Of a DNA stretch of 46,762 bases, positions 35,987 to 46,206 are shown piece after piece (within the stretch, counting starts at the first letter, position 1; each line of letters opens with the position of its first letter). The translations under genes were made by a program, and so were the position numbers. Origin of the DNA: a virus (lineage: Duplodnaviria; Caudoviricetes); IMG/VR virus record IMGVR_UViG_3300044452_000142, positions 1 to 46,762 of that record. One strand, given 5' to 3'. The notes below the pieces were generated by a model, which saw only the letters and a list, made by a program, of their open reading frames with translations, made no database searches and was not told where the DNA came from.

Positions 35987-38313
35987 CCACTAATTTCCCA
36001 TTTAGGCGTTAAGGCATTCACCGTAAAAGGTAAAGCATGATTTTGCCGTATGAACAACGTCGCGTCCTGAACCCAATCTGCATTCACCGACACAACTGGC
36101 GTATGCGTTTTAATGGGTATCGGCTGCCCGACTAACGATGCATCCCATTCTTTCAAAGTGTTCATACGATCAAGACTTTGTCCAACTGAAACCCCTCTAC
36201 TTTTTTCCAGTTTGACTGCAATTTCCGAAACCGATTTATATAGCCCTTCTGATGATCCTACGCCGTCTACTTGAAAAATGACATCAAGCGTTTGAATCCA
36301 AGCTGAATACGGTAATCCAACACTAATAATTGATCCCGCGCGGGGCCCAAAATCTACAACGCCGCGCTCATCTACGACGATATCTATAAACTCATCGCCG
36401 TCTACTAAGACAGTAACTACCTCACCGCGCAAATGTAAATAACCTGAAACTTTTGTTAAATCTTGATCATATGTCCTACAACTTCCACCATCTAAAAAAT
36501 ACGGTTTTTTAACATCTAGATTTTCACGATGTGCTAAACGTTCAACCGTTGTTACGTTTACGTTGTTTATTTCTCGGCTCACAACAAAATAAGCTACATC
36601 GCGCCCTAACTCATGGGTAACACTTACTTGTTTTACTTGAGCGTTTTTCCCCGCTATAATATGCCTTGCCCACGCCCAGATATCATGCTCTGGTACGTAT
36701 GTCATTGACAAAACAGCCCCGTCATCCAAAACAACCCATACGACATGGTCGTCCGCTGCCGCATACGCCCACGACACGATAGAACGATTATTGAACAAAT
36801 CTCCTGCAATAATAGTCAAATCGCCGGGGGGTTGCGACCGATCACGCAAACGCACATCGCGAACATGTTTTCCAGACGGCTCAACATACAATGCAACTTC
36901 GCCGATCAAGATAGGCGGAATTGACGAACTCCCATAATACGAAATTGGTGACAGTCGGCGCTTGTCTGGGCGGATATATTCCCCGTCTCCTTGAGACGCA
37001 ATCTCCCATTCCCCTGAACTCGTTAAAATAGTAAATGTTTCGTGCGGGACAAACGCCCGAATTTCGTTAACCTGTTGAGAACGCAAACGAAAACGAAATG
37101 CATCATCTGTTTGATCGGGATACGACGTCCCAAAATTTTCAAGGCTGCCTACACGCGACATCTCAACAAGTTGAGGATCGTTTTCGGTCGCTCCAAATAC
37201 TAGCCGCTGTTCAAAAAATGAAACTTGCGAAGGATAATTTCCAGAACTAGCAAAAGGATTTCGCCCTATGCGGGGGCCTCTAGATGTGTCGGCGGTAATG
37301 TTTTGATCAGTGAAAGTTAAACTTTCAGTGGAACCAATGTATCCAACCCCGCCCGATTGCTTGTAAACGTTATATCGTTCAGCACCTTGTACCGCTGTCC
37401 AACTAATGTCGTTTTTACTCCCCTCGTAATACAAATCGTTATCAACAGTTGCTCCTGTTGAGGGCAGGCTTTCTTGGTTTTCTGAATTTACTGCAGAAAC
37501 CATGTACGTATAAGTTATCAAATTATTTTGATTTACTCCTGACCCTATCGTAGCAGTAACGCTAACGCCTGTTGGCGCGCTAGCCGTTTCCCCAAAAACG
37601 ACGTTAGAAATAGTCCAATTATCATGCGCTGTTCTGGTAAGTTTTCGTGGCGGGTAATCCTTGTGCGCCAAATATACCGTATCTGCGTCTTGCGCTATGC
37701 GCACATTTGGCATATCGGCTAGGTCATAGGTATGCGTTTGCTCGTAAACCTTACTTAACGTTGCCCCGGAACCTACTGTTCCCCAATCTCCGCTACTTGT
37801 ATCCAAGTTCGAGCCGTCGTAAACGTTAAACGACAACGTCGCCCCTGCTGCACCGGTAATCTGGACAAGCGTTTTGTGAAGAACGTGATCACCATTCGGC
37901 GTTTCGATATACGCTAAACATCCCGTGTTAAAATTTGTCGTGTCAAAAGAATTAGTAAGCGTCAATTGCGCGATTGCCGCTTCGGTAATCGCCGATAAGC
38001 TAATCGCGCCGACGCTTGTATCTAAAATATATCCGCCATACCGAATTATGCGAAACTTACCGTCGGTAAATTCCACCTGATAAGTTTGATCACGATTGAA
38101 GGAAAAAGGTAAAAGATACTGGTTTGCGCTATTTCCGCTTGTGTCAAACGCAGTAACAGATTCTAGCCCTGCACGGTTTTGCGCGCCGCCTTGTGGTCTA
38201 ATAATGACGTTGACTGCATCTTTTAGCCCTTGCCGGAATTTTTCAACGTCATCGCGCGCATACATCCCTTCGGACAAAATGCCGGCTCCGAACGTAGTCT
38301 GCGTTACGCGCAC
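35983..38313 (-). CDS. Tail tubular protein B (nozzle)
   Basis: TFGAGILS...PQGGAQNRAG; YPSQVSFFEQRLVFG; AWARH. Confidence 0.88.
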   Translation of the reverse strand: MRVTQTTFGAGILSEGMYARDDVEKFRQGLKDAVNVIIRPQGGAQNRAGLESVTAFDTSGNSANQYLLPFSFNRDQTYQVEFTDGKFRIIRYGGYILDTSVGAISLSAITEAAIAQLTLTNSFDTTNFNTGCLAYIETPNGDHVLHKTLVQITGAAGATLSFNVYDGSNLDTSSGDWGTVGSGATLSKVYEQTHTYDLADMPNVRIAQDADTVYLAHKDYPPRKLTRTAHDNWTISNVVFGETASAPTGVSVTATIGSGVNQNNLITYTYMVSAVNSENQESLPSTGATVDNDLYYEGSKNDISWTAVQGAERYNVYKQSGGVGYIGSTESLTFTDQNITADTSRGPRIGRNPFASSGNYPSQVSFFEQRLVFGATENDPQLVEMSRVGSLENFGTSYPDQTDDAFRFRLRSQQVNEIRAFVPHETFTILTSSGEWEIASQGDGEYIRPDKRRLSPISYYGSSSIPPILIGEVALYVEPSGKHVRDVRLRDRSQPPGDLTIIAGDLFNNRSIVSWAYAAADDHVVWVVLDDGAVLSMTYVPEHDIWAWARHIIAGKNAQVKQVSVTHELGRDVAYFVVSREINNVNVTTVERLAHRENLDVKKPYFLDGGSCRTYDQDLTKVSGYLHLRGEVVTVLVDGDEFIDIVVDERGVVDFGPRAGSIISVGLPYSAWIQTLDVIFQVDGVGSSEGLYKSVSEIAVKLEKSRGVSVGQSLDRMNTLKEWDASLVGQPIPIKTHTPVVSVNADWVQDATLFIRQNHALPFTVNALTPKWEISG

Positions 38314-38526
38314 GTCTTGTCATCCCTATATCGTTGCCTTGACCAGCCGAACCGCTTGTCAGGCGAGGAAAAACAAAGGGGCCCCGGAAGCTCCAGGACC
38401 CCTTTGTCGACCGGGAAATGCCCAATCCTTTGATCCGTATATAGCCACAGAGCCCCTTAACCGCAAGTTAATCCAAGTCCCGAACGTAGTCTGCGTTACG
38501 CGCACTTTTTGTCATCTCCATATCGT
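38288..38526. repeat. Direct repeat of the tubular A/B junction
   Basis: 26 bp identical at 38288-38313 and 38480-38505, extending imperfectly to about 47 bp; offset 192 bp. Confidence 0.85.
38369..38407 (-). terminator. Intrinsic terminator between tubular A and B
   Basis: On the - strand: ACAAAGGGGTCCTGGAGCTTCCGGGGCCCCTTTGTTTTT. Confidence 0.72.
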
Positions 38527-39147
38527 CGACCCGTCCGCTTGCCGCCGCGCCGGCAAAACACTTTGCGTGCTAAGATATCCTCCAGCGGTCCAAGCATACG
38601 TACTTGTAACACTAGCCGCGTCTAGCTCAACCGCTTTGTCAATTGCGCCTCTATACGTTTCATAAACATCTTTAATGTCTCTTTTACTACGAAGCAAGTT
38701 AGGGGCAATCTGATATGCAAGATTATACGAGACTGCGTTTGTAAAATACATAGGCCATGAATTTATATCTGTCTGATCAAAGACATAGAACAATCTTACA
38801 TTAACAATATTAGAATACAGTTTTCCACTTTCTAAATGTATATCATGCGGTAAATTTTTTTCTAACGGTGATTGAGATTCTTCTAAAACGCGCATATGGC
38901 AATTTAACGAATCGTTAGGAATGTCATAAGCAAATTCCCACACATCCGAATGGGGGTTTTCGTTAACTTGCGCTAAATACGCCGTTTTTGTAGCAAAAGT
39001 CCAAGGGCTGTAGGATAGGGATAGTATCCTTGATCTATTGTATTGGTTTTTACAGTTAATGGCTTCGACGCTATTTTCATTAACGCTAGTTATGTTTGGT
39101 TTTCCAATATGACTTAGCGCCATATTACATACGTCTTCAATTACCAT
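38512..39147 (-). CDS. Tail tubular protein A (adaptor)
   Basis: VCNMALSHIG...PWTFA...YDIPND...LA..IAP pattern. Confidence 0.85.
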   Translation of the reverse strand: MVIEDVCNMALSHIGKPNITSVNENSVEAINCKNQYNRSRILSLSYSPWTFATKTAYLAQVNENPHSDVWEFAYDIPNDSLNCHMRVLEESQSPLEKNLPHDIHLESGKLYSNIVNVRLFYVFDQTDINSWPMYFTNAVSYNLAYQIAPNLLRSKRDIKDVYETYRGAIDKAVELDAASVTSTYAWTAGGYLSTQSVLPARRQADGSTIWR

Positions 39148-39156
39148 TTTAAAAAC

Positions 39157-39468
39157 CTAGTTTGAAGAACGCGGGCGTCCCCTTTTACGCCGTTTAGGCG
39201 TTTCTTGAACTTCTTCACTTGAATTAGCTTGAAGCAAATCTGAATCTTGTTTTGCTCGGTAAATTCCCGGGCCGTAAGCTTGCGCTGTCTCTTGAGCAAT
39301 TTGCTCAAGAGACATTTTGCCGTTTTCCTTAATTTCGTTTACGCTCGTTTCTTCATCACCAACAACTTCCATCCAAGAACCCATATCTTCTTTACCTTTT
39401 ATAAAAAAGATTTCTCCGGGATGTCTGAGAGTGTCGTAATGCCCTAACGTTTTTGCTCTAACTCTCAT
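39157..39468 (-). CDS. Hypothetical virion-region protein
   Basis: MRVRAKTLGHY...PGEIF...SWME; basic KRGRPR tail. Confidence 0.7.
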   Translation of the reverse strand: MRVRAKTLGHYDTLRHPGEIFFIKGKEDMGSWMEVVGDEETSVNEIKENGKMSLEQIAQETAQAYGPGIYRAKQDSDLLQANSSEEVQETPKRRKRGRPRSSN

Positions 39469-39899
39469 TACGCCGCCCAAGATTCATTACCGACTACTAG
39501 ACCCGCCATAATCTTTCCGGTTGACGAAGCCGTTCCTGTCACGTCGTAATACAAGCGAACATATCGCTCATTAACACCACGAGGCACAAACGAGACTGGA
39601 ATAACGTGCCCAGCTACCAAATTGACTAACGGTACCACAGTTTCAACGACGTCTGTTGGCGAGCCAAAATTTTCGTCGCTGTCAACTTGAATTTTAACTG
39701 TTAAACTTGTGAGGTTGTTAAACGTCTCAGTTACCTGAATACGAATCGGAATTGGCCTACCAAAACCAATATCTTGCGTAATTGGTCCTGCTGCATGTTT
39801 CGGCGTACCCGGCGTGCCAAGGTCAATTACGTTAGTCGACGCTGCGTCCGCTGTAATTGCTTGCTTGTCAGAAAACAACGCCTCGTTATCGAAAAGCAT
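39468..39899 (-). CDS. Capsid cement/decoration protein (Bbp16-like)
   Basis: FSDKQAITADAASTNVIDLG...RYVRLYY pattern; directly after the capsid gene. Confidence 0.82.
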   Translation of the reverse strand: MLFDNEALFSDKQAITADAASTNVIDLGTPGTPKHAAGPITQDIGFGRPIPIRIQVTETFNNLTSLTVKIQVDSDENFGSPTDVVETVVPLVNLVAGHVIPVSFVPRGVNERYVRLYYDVTGTASSTGKIMAGLVVGNESWAA

Positions 39900-39913
39900 A
39901 AGATTAACTCCTT

Positions 39914-40921
39914 TTAAACCACACGGGCTTCAGTTTCAAGAATTGCATCATCTTGGTGAATCTCGTAACCAAGAAACTTTGTAATGGGCTTTCCGTCTAC
40001 CTCGTCAAGCCTTAAAGTCATATTATCGTTTGCGTGCATTGCTTGCTTGTGAAGAAATTGCGCAATTTTCCTGCTGCAATAGATAACTGTTTTTGTGCTT
40101 GTGCGATTAGGATTCTCCAGCGCCCAATACGCATCAATCATTTTGTCGATCAAATTTGCGCTAGATCCGCTAGCATCGTTATTTAAATTTGAAACATCAA
40201 TGTTTGCAATGCGCGCATTAACACGCCAATCGCGTACGGAAAGTCCTACATGCATACAGAATTTTTCCCGTACTACTCGATACAAGCCACCTCTTGCGGG
40301 GTCATTTTTTGTTTCAACTCCTAGGTCTTCTCGTTGAATTCCTGCTTGCGTGCCCTTCGGATACAAAAAGTGCGTTCCCATCTCTCCCCAGCCGATAAAC
40401 CAGATTGACGTATTATCAGAGCCGGTACCGCCTGCGTCGATAATCTGATGGCCGTTTGCCGCGGTTAGCGAATTATATCGTGGTGCCAGCCCTAGAAACT
40501 TTTCTGCGTCGGTCGCGGTATCACCATAAATAACTGTCTGAGCAACTGCTTGAGCCATTGACTGAATATGCGCTGTCGCTTGACTAAAACGAAATTTCGC
40601 TGATCCATCTCCTGCCAAATCAACTAGCCGCTTATCAATCTCGGACCAACTTTCGAGCATTCCTGTTCCTTCTTTCACCTGAACAGTAGTGCCTTTATCC
40701 GGTTGAACCCCTTGGTAAAGTTTTGTCCAAGTTGGTGTTGGCAAACCCGAACGAACAGTCGTGTAATGCTCCATCCCCGAATTACATTCAACGGCCGGGC
40801 CATGTTCAAGCATCCGATTCTGTTGGGCTAGGATTTCAAGGATATCAGCAACCTTGTCGTCTGGATTTTGTTGTCGACGAAGATCCACCAAACCCAAATA
40901 CGAATTATTAATTGTAGCCAT
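39914..40921 (-). CDS. Major capsid protein
   Basis: VRSGLP, GTGMLE, FLGLAPRY, GLSVRDWR...RIANID and DAILETEARVV. Confidence 0.9.
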   Translation of the reverse strand: MATINNSYLGLVDLRRQQNPDDKVADILEILAQQNRMLEHGPAVECNSGMEHYTTVRSGLPTPTWTKLYQGVQPDKGTTVQVKEGTGMLESWSEIDKRLVDLAGDGSAKFRFSQATAHIQSMAQAVAQTVIYGDTATDAEKFLGLAPRYNSLTAANGHQIIDAGGTGSDNTSIWFIGWGEMGTHFLYPKGTQAGIQREDLGVETKNDPARGGLYRVVREKFCMHVGLSVRDWRVNARIANIDVSNLNNDASGSSANLIDKMIDAYWALENPNRTSTKTVIYCSRKIAQFLHKQAMHANDNMTLRLDEVDGKPITKFLGYEIHQDDAILETEARVV

Positions 40922-40932
40922 GTTAGTTAACC

Positions 40933-41592
40933 TTAGTTAGTGTTTTGTTGACTATACCAGCGTTGTTCTACTGGTAAACGACTTTCATTAGCCGCTCCAT
41001 TTTCAAAGGTATCATTATTAACCATTAGCCCAATACGCCGCAATTCTCTGAGCATTTCAGGGTTATTGCCATTTCCAGTACTTTCAATTAACTCCAAGAT
41101 TGCATTTCCACCAAGCGCTTTCACGCCACGTTTAGCAAGATCAACTGTTTCATCCCATTTATCGCCGCCGATTTCTTTATCGTTTTTTGCGGCGTTAAGA
41201 TGATCAATTTCTCTTTGCTCAACCTCTCTTATCTGCGCCTCGTACTCGGCTTTTGCCTCTTCTTGGCGCATTTTAACTAATTGAGCAACTTGCCCTTGCG
41301 TTAGGTTTACCTCTTGGAATTTTTTAGACCAACTTTCGCGGCGTTCGTCTGTTAATTCGATACCTTCATCGAAGTCCCCAAAATCATAAACGCCATCCTC
41401 CGGAACCTTGTCCGTCGGATCGTTTTCTGTTTTGTTTTCTTCAGAACTGCTAATTACAGCATCGGTGTTTGACGTGACTTGCGTTTCATCGGCGTTCTCA
41501 GCCGGTTTACGATCACTCAAAGCTGTCTCGGTGGTATGATTCGAATCTGCATCACCAGACGTATTGCCGTCGCCTTGATCTTCAGCTATCAT
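40933..41592 (-). CDS. Scaffolding protein
   Basis: Acidic and helical; TGNGNNPE..R...IG; precedes the capsid gene. Confidence 0.75.
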   Translation of the reverse strand: MIAEDQGDGNTSGDADSNHTTETALSDRKPAENADETQVTSNTDAVISSSEENKTENDPTDKVPEDGVYDFGDFDEGIELTDERRESWSKKFQEVNLTQGQVAQLVKMRQEEAKAEYEAQIREVEQREIDHLNAAKNDKEIGGDKWDETVDLAKRGVKALGGNAILELIESTGNGNNPEMLRELRRIGLMVNNDTFENGAANESRLPVEQRWYSQQNTN

Positions 41593-41881
41593 CGTTTGTC
41601 TCCAGTTGTAAAGTATTATTTTGCCGCTCGTTGTAAACTATTTGCAAGATCGCTAAAAGCGCTCTGGAATCTGCCCTCTCTAGCTGGCGAATAATACTAT
41701 GGCAAGTACTTCGCATTCCAACTTTTTTTTGCAATTCTTCGGGGCTGGTAAAAGCGATTTCTCCAAAAAAATTAATTTCATCCAATAGCCTAGCTATGAA
41801 CCGCATAGACGGCTCGTGCGCTAAAACCGCCATATTTTCTCTTTTAATTATCTTTTCTCGTGTATTATCTGCTCGAGACAT
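41582..41881 (-). CDS. Hypothetical protein (Bbp19-like position)
   Basis: 99 aa between the portal and scaffold genes. Confidence 0.7.
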   Translation of the reverse strand: MSRADNTREKIIKRENMAVLAHEPSMRFIARLLDEINFFGEIAFTSPEELQKKVGMRSTCHSIIRQLERADSRALLAILQIVYNERQNNTLQLETNDDS

Positions 41882-41885
41882 GAAA

Positions 41886-43595
41886 CTAACCTAATCCAAT
41901 ATCTGCTAAAATATCGCGATTTCCGCCACCGCTTCGTGGATTATTTGCTTCAGAAAGAACTTTTGCAGCTTGTGCGCCAACCCCTACGGTATCTGTCATT
42001 TGCTTTGCTTGTTCTAACGCTTCGGCTTGTTGAGCTTGTTGAGCTCTTTGTTGACGAAGTTCTCCTATTTCATCCGTTGGACGTAAAATACTGTCAGGAA
42101 CGCCAATCATATCAGCGTATTTTTTAACTGCTATATCCGTGTCAATGTTGTCCATTACGTTTGGATCAACCGCGGCAAGGTTACCTGCGAACCCAAATAA
42201 ACGCTCGATGCTCCCTGTCGCTACCGCTTTCATTGCCTGTGCTAGTGTTGATATGTAGTCAATGTCTGTCGGTAAGTTGTCAAATTCTTCTGGCAAAGGC
42301 TTTACGTAGCCGAGGTCAATTACCCGTTGATATACACGATTTAGCAAAGGTCTAAGCTTTTCACGTTGTTGGCGTTCTAAAACCGGGCCCAATCCTAACA
42401 ATTTCTCGTCGCTTCGTTCATCAATCTCTCTTGCAGTTATTTGACGTCGATCAAGGTTTGCAATCATCATGAATAGGTTTGCATACATCCCTTCATTGAT
42501 TTTTTGCTCCGTTTGCATAATATCGTTTGCTAATTGTTCTACAGGAACGTTAACTTGAAACGCTGGAACTGCCCCGCGCGTCGGATCGGCCATAAAGTTA
42601 ACCGCCTCAGGCATTAAGCTAAATCCCGAATTTCTTAATTCAATCGGTGCATTAACCGGTGGTCGATTAAACCGTTTCATCGCTTCGGCAAAATCCCGCG
42701 CTTTAAGTTGTAAAGATTTAGCGGCCGGCAAAGTCATCATTGCGGGGGAAGTTCCGTAAGTATCTGTTCCGTGAACATCCCACCGAGAAGCTAATACGGG
42801 ATTTATGTCATAACCAAAATCGCCTAACAGTTTATCGGATCTTTCTTCCTCCCAATATACCGACATGATTGGTTTGTTCTTTGCGTCTAAACGCCTAGAA
42901 TCTCTATCTACTCGCGGCATAATTAAATGCCGAACGAATATTTTTTCTGAGATTTTATCTTGGTCCCAAAGATTTTTTACCCCGCCAGAAACAACGGACC
43001 AATCGGGCTTACTTGTAGGATCATTTTTATAGACAAATTTATTAACTATTTGTTTTATCGTCATGCTTATTTCGCGATAAAGGGTGTCAACCATCCCTCT
43101 ACTATTTGCCGCAATCCAATATTCCCCCGGAACCAGGGCTTGCCCGTATAGTCCTATTTTAAAATCATCTTCAATTATCGCGCAGTCATGCCCGTACAAT
43201 CCAAGATCGCCCCACAGTGTATGCAAGACCGAATACAAACCTGATCGAGACAATAATTTTTTCATCTCGCGCTCGGCGCTTTCAAAATGCTCCTTTACTA
43301 GAACGTTGTTTTCCAAATCCGGATCATGCGGGGCTAACTTGAACCACGGGCGGGCAGGTGAAGTAATACCAGCGTGCATCCCGCTTTGCATTGTTCTCAA
43401 CGCAAAACTGGGGCTGGGGTTAATTATCTTATCGTTTTCGCTTTCTCTTGATTTGTCGTTTTTTGATTTTAAAAATCGAGCACGTTGAGGCAAAAAATTT
43501 TCTGCCAATCTTTTAAAATGTCCATCATGGGGTCGTCTAAGTTCTTTCAAAGATTCTCCGATAGCGTTGAATCTTTCTATTTTTTGTTGTTCCAT
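41886..43595 (-). CDS. Portal (head-tail connector) protein
   Basis: GITSPARPWF, YGTSP, TAREIDER..EKLLGLGPVLER and IDYISTLAQA. Confidence 0.93.
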   Translation of the reverse strand: MEQQKIERFNAIGESLKELRRPHDGHFKRLAENFLPQRARFLKSKNDKSRESENDKIINPSPSFALRTMQSGMHAGITSPARPWFKLAPHDPDLENNVLVKEHFESAEREMKKLLSRSGLYSVLHTLWGDLGLYGHDCAIIEDDFKIGLYGQALVPGEYWIAANSRGMVDTLYREISMTIKQIVNKFVYKNDPTSKPDWSVVSGGVKNLWDQDKISEKIFVRHLIMPRVDRDSRRLDAKNKPIMSVYWEEERSDKLLGDFGYDINPVLASRWDVHGTDTYGTSPAMMTLPAAKSLQLKARDFAEAMKRFNRPPVNAPIELRNSGFSLMPEAVNFMADPTRGAVPAFQVNVPVEQLANDIMQTEQKINEGMYANLFMMIANLDRRQITAREIDERSDEKLLGLGPVLERQQREKLRPLLNRVYQRVIDLGYVKPLPEEFDNLPTDIDYISTLAQAMKAVATGSIERLFGFAGNLAAVDPNVMDNIDTDIAVKKYADMIGVPDSILRPTDEIGELRQQRAQQAQQAEALEQAKQMTDTVGVGAQAAKVLSEANNPRSGGGNRDILADIGLG

Positions 43596-43597
43596 GC

Positions 43598-43861
43598 TTA
43601 GTATCTTTGACGATTGCGCGCCCGTGTGTATAGGATTGGCGCTGTATCACCTCTCAGCCCAGACAATATTGTTGGCCTTCCCGTTCCACCACTTGTTTCT
43701 GCCGCGCGCCGTTTAGCATATTCCATTGTCGCGCTATTTTGCGCGCTTCTTTTTTTAGCGGCCCGTTTTTGTTGCGGCGTTGGTGCCGGCGCAGTAGCTA
43801 CGCGAGAAGGGGGCGGCATGTAAGAAGGTTTTGGCGGGCTGAAAAGTGACGCTGTGCACAT
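43598..43861 (-). CDS. Small Pro/Ala-rich virion protein
   Basis: MC start and TILSG motif; position upstream of the portal gene. Confidence 0.68.
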   Translation of the reverse strand: MCTASLFSPPKPSYMPPPSRVATAPAPTPQQKRAAKKRSAQNSATMEYAKRRAAETSGGTGRPTILSGLRGDTAPILYTRARNRQRY

Positions 43862-43864
43862 TGT

Positions 43865-45352
43865 TTAATTTTCCTTAAAAGGGTTATAGTTTCCGGCGGC
43901 GTTAATATAACTTATTTGCGGAATTGTAAATACGCCTTGAAAATTTTTTTTAATTACAGGACGTGCAAAAGTTAGCGCTAAAGCATCGCCGCTGTTAGGC
44001 GACGGAAGCCCTAATTTTTTCATATCTTCTTTACTTATTAGTTGAATTACGCCGTTTAAGGTCGGTTTTGTTTCAACGCCAATTAAATCTTGGTACAAAA
44101 CATCGTCTGGCGGGATTGCGCCGCCCTCTTCAAGCCATGTCGCGATAGCGTGCCACATGAACGCGCGCATGTTGGCATATCCTGCGGTTGGCGCTTTTTC
44201 AGAAAAATTGACTAACTGCCAATTTCGGCCCATCGTATCGCCCGCAGACTTAATCCCTGTTCCATATCCGAAGTCAATAAAAACCGCATCCGCTTTGTGT
44301 TTTTCCTCGTACCACGCCAATTTGTTGGCAATACCTATGTCATTGTTATTTTTAGCTAACTTTTCAAGAATTTCGAATTTTAGTCCTTGCCGCAATCCGA
44401 TAACTAATTCGTCGTCGCCCGTCCAAGCGGGGTCGCACGCCAGAATAACAGGTGCGAAGTCGTATGAGCTTTGTTGAAGGTGACGACCAAAAGCTTGATC
44501 GACCAGGTGCGTGGGGATTAATTGGCGATTAGCTGCCGACGGAAAAATTCCACGTACACGTTTTTTTGCAATGTCACTATCTTCGCCATATTGTTCAATT
44601 AATTGATTTAAATAATCTTTGTCTGTATCTTCAACATCACGGCTATCAATCTGTTTGGTAACCCAGTATTTTCGATTTTTTCGAAAACATTCTCTGAATC
44701 GACCTACGTTTCTTGTCGGGTTTCCAAACGCTAACCAAATTTTTACAGTGTTTGCATCAGTCAGCGCGCCTTCTGCCACTTCCCAAACTTTTGAAGATAT
44801 TGCAGACGCTTCATCCATTATAAGCAAAATGATTCGACCTTCGGCGTGTAAGCCCGCAAAAGCTTCTGTGTTATGTTCGGACCACGACACAAAATCCATT
44901 ACCCATGACAGTTCTAATTGTTCTCGAGATTTAATCGACATTGTGTCGATTGAAAAAAGCAACGCGCTGATCGAGCGGCGAAACCATGTTGCTACCTCAG
45001 GGCTTGTCTTAGTGCGAATTTGATCTTCTGTATTTGCCGTCGCTAATACGCGCGCGCCTCGCCAGCACGACATTGCCCAATTGCTGATCATGCCTATGCA
45101 CGCGGACTTGCCAATGCCGTGGCCAGATGCGATTGCAATGCGTAAAGGGGTATGTCGTTTAGTTGGATCTTGAATGTGACGTCCTATCTCAGCCATCACT
45201 TCGGCTTGCCAATTTCGAATTTTTTTGTTGGTGAGATCGCCGTGCCCCCAGTTCCAAGCCACATTGGCCCATTTTAAGGGATCATAGCGACAATTGGTGG
45301 CAATATCGGCAAGTTGGTCAAGTTGCTTTGAATTTAACGTTTGTTTGTTCAT
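43865..45352 (-). CDS. terL: Terminase large subunit
   Basis: SGHGIGKS Walker A, IMDEAS Walker B, GNPTR, CDPA nuclease motif and SPNSGDALAL. Confidence 0.93.
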   Translation of the reverse strand: MNKQTLNSKQLDQLADIATNCRYDPLKWANVAWNWGHGDLTNKKIRNWQAEVMAEIGRHIQDPTKRHTPLRIAIASGHGIGKSACIGMISNWAMSCWRGARVLATANTEDQIRTKTSPEVATWFRRSISALLFSIDTMSIKSREQLELSWVMDFVSWSEHNTEAFAGLHAEGRIILLIMDEASAISSKVWEVAEGALTDANTVKIWLAFGNPTRNVGRFRECFRKNRKYWVTKQIDSRDVEDTDKDYLNQLIEQYGEDSDIAKKRVRGIFPSAANRQLIPTHLVDQAFGRHLQQSSYDFAPVILACDPAWTGDDELVIGLRQGLKFEILEKLAKNNNDIGIANKLAWYEEKHKADAVFIDFGYGTGIKSAGDTMGRNWQLVNFSEKAPTAGYANMRAFMWHAIATWLEEGGAIPPDDVLYQDLIGVETKPTLNGVIQLISKEDMKKLGLPSPNSGDALALTFARPVIKKNFQGVFTIPQISYINAAGNYNPFKEN

Positions 45353-45419
45353 ACTCAAAAATTTGTTTGCAACGCGGGTGCTGAACCCGCGTTACATAGT
45401 TTTGTAAAATTACGTCCGT

Positions 45420-45500
45420 TTAGATGTCACATGCAATTCGCACTACGACAATTAAAACGGTCAAACCCACTAAACCCCATGCTACATGAATTGGTCTCAT
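45420..45500 (-). CDS. Putative 26-aa membrane peptide (not in the ORF track)
   Basis: ATGA overlap with the terS stop; AAGGA RBS; MRPIHVAWGLVGLTVLIVVVRIACDI*. Confidence 0.5.
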   Translation of the reverse strand: MRPIHVAWGLVGLTVLIVVVRIACDI

Positions 45501-46090
45501 TCTTCTTTTCCTTTTTCCATCTTCTCTATTGCGCGTTCGAGACGTGCCCCGAACCCCGTGTTGTCGTCGATAGTTAACGTGTCGTTGAACATCGACCACA
45601 TCCGACCAAGATCAGTAAGCGCACCTTTCTTGTCGAACATCTTAACGCGCACCGCGCCATTCGCGGCGACGTTAATCTCGCTGATTGCTGCCGTGTCGTC
45701 GCTCGGCAGCTGTTTGAGTAAATCCAGCGTGCGTTGACTATCGCCGTGTGCGCTAGCCAAAACCTCTAGTATTTTTTTCGAGTCGGAAAAAGCGAGGCGT
45801 CCATATTCTTGAAGCACACGTTCAAGCGAGATTGCCGACACGACAGACGCCTGCTCGACTAGCTTTGTTATCTCACGCCTGGCTTGCGCATCCTTCTTAA
45901 TGAGCTTCTTACACGTCGCAACGGTATACCCGCTCGCCGCTGCTGCGCCCTCGAACGTTCCCGTCCGCACATATCCATCAATCATCCTGCGCTTGCGTGG
46001 CGTGATCACGTTATCCGTATACGCCTTCGGCAAGTCGTCGGAAGTCTCTATTGTCGCGCGCTCAAAAGGCGATGAAAATTTTTTTTCCAT
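45497..46090 (-). CDS. terS: Terminase small subunit
   Basis: AAAASGY HTH; RVLQEYGRLAFSD...VKMFDKKGALTDLGR. Confidence 0.85.
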   Translation of the reverse strand: MEKKFSSPFERATIETSDDLPKAYTDNVITPRKRRMIDGYVRTGTFEGAAAASGYTVATCKKLIKKDAQARREITKLVEQASVVSAISLERVLQEYGRLAFSDSKKILEVLASAHGDSQRTLDLLKQLPSDDTAAISEINVAANGAVRVKMFDKKGALTDLGRMWSMFNDTLTIDDNTGFGARLERAIEKMEKGKEE

Positions 46091-46206
46091 GCCGTAAAGT
46101 ATAGCGAAAAAATCTTAACAAGGCAATAATTTTTTTCGCGCTTAGCGCTTGCTCAAACGGCAATAAATTTTTTTTGTGCGTTTTGCTTGGCGCTTGCTTG
46201 TCATCC

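Noticed and set aside
38096-38665. 189-aa + strand ORF spanning the tubular A/B junction
   Set aside because: It is antisense to two conserved structural genes, and its internal repeat simply reflects the DNA duplication.
45368-45396. tRNA T-arm or attP fragment (GCGGGTTCAGCACCCGC)
   Set aside because: The loop does not fit TTCRANY, there is no cloverleaf around it, and no integrase is encoded.
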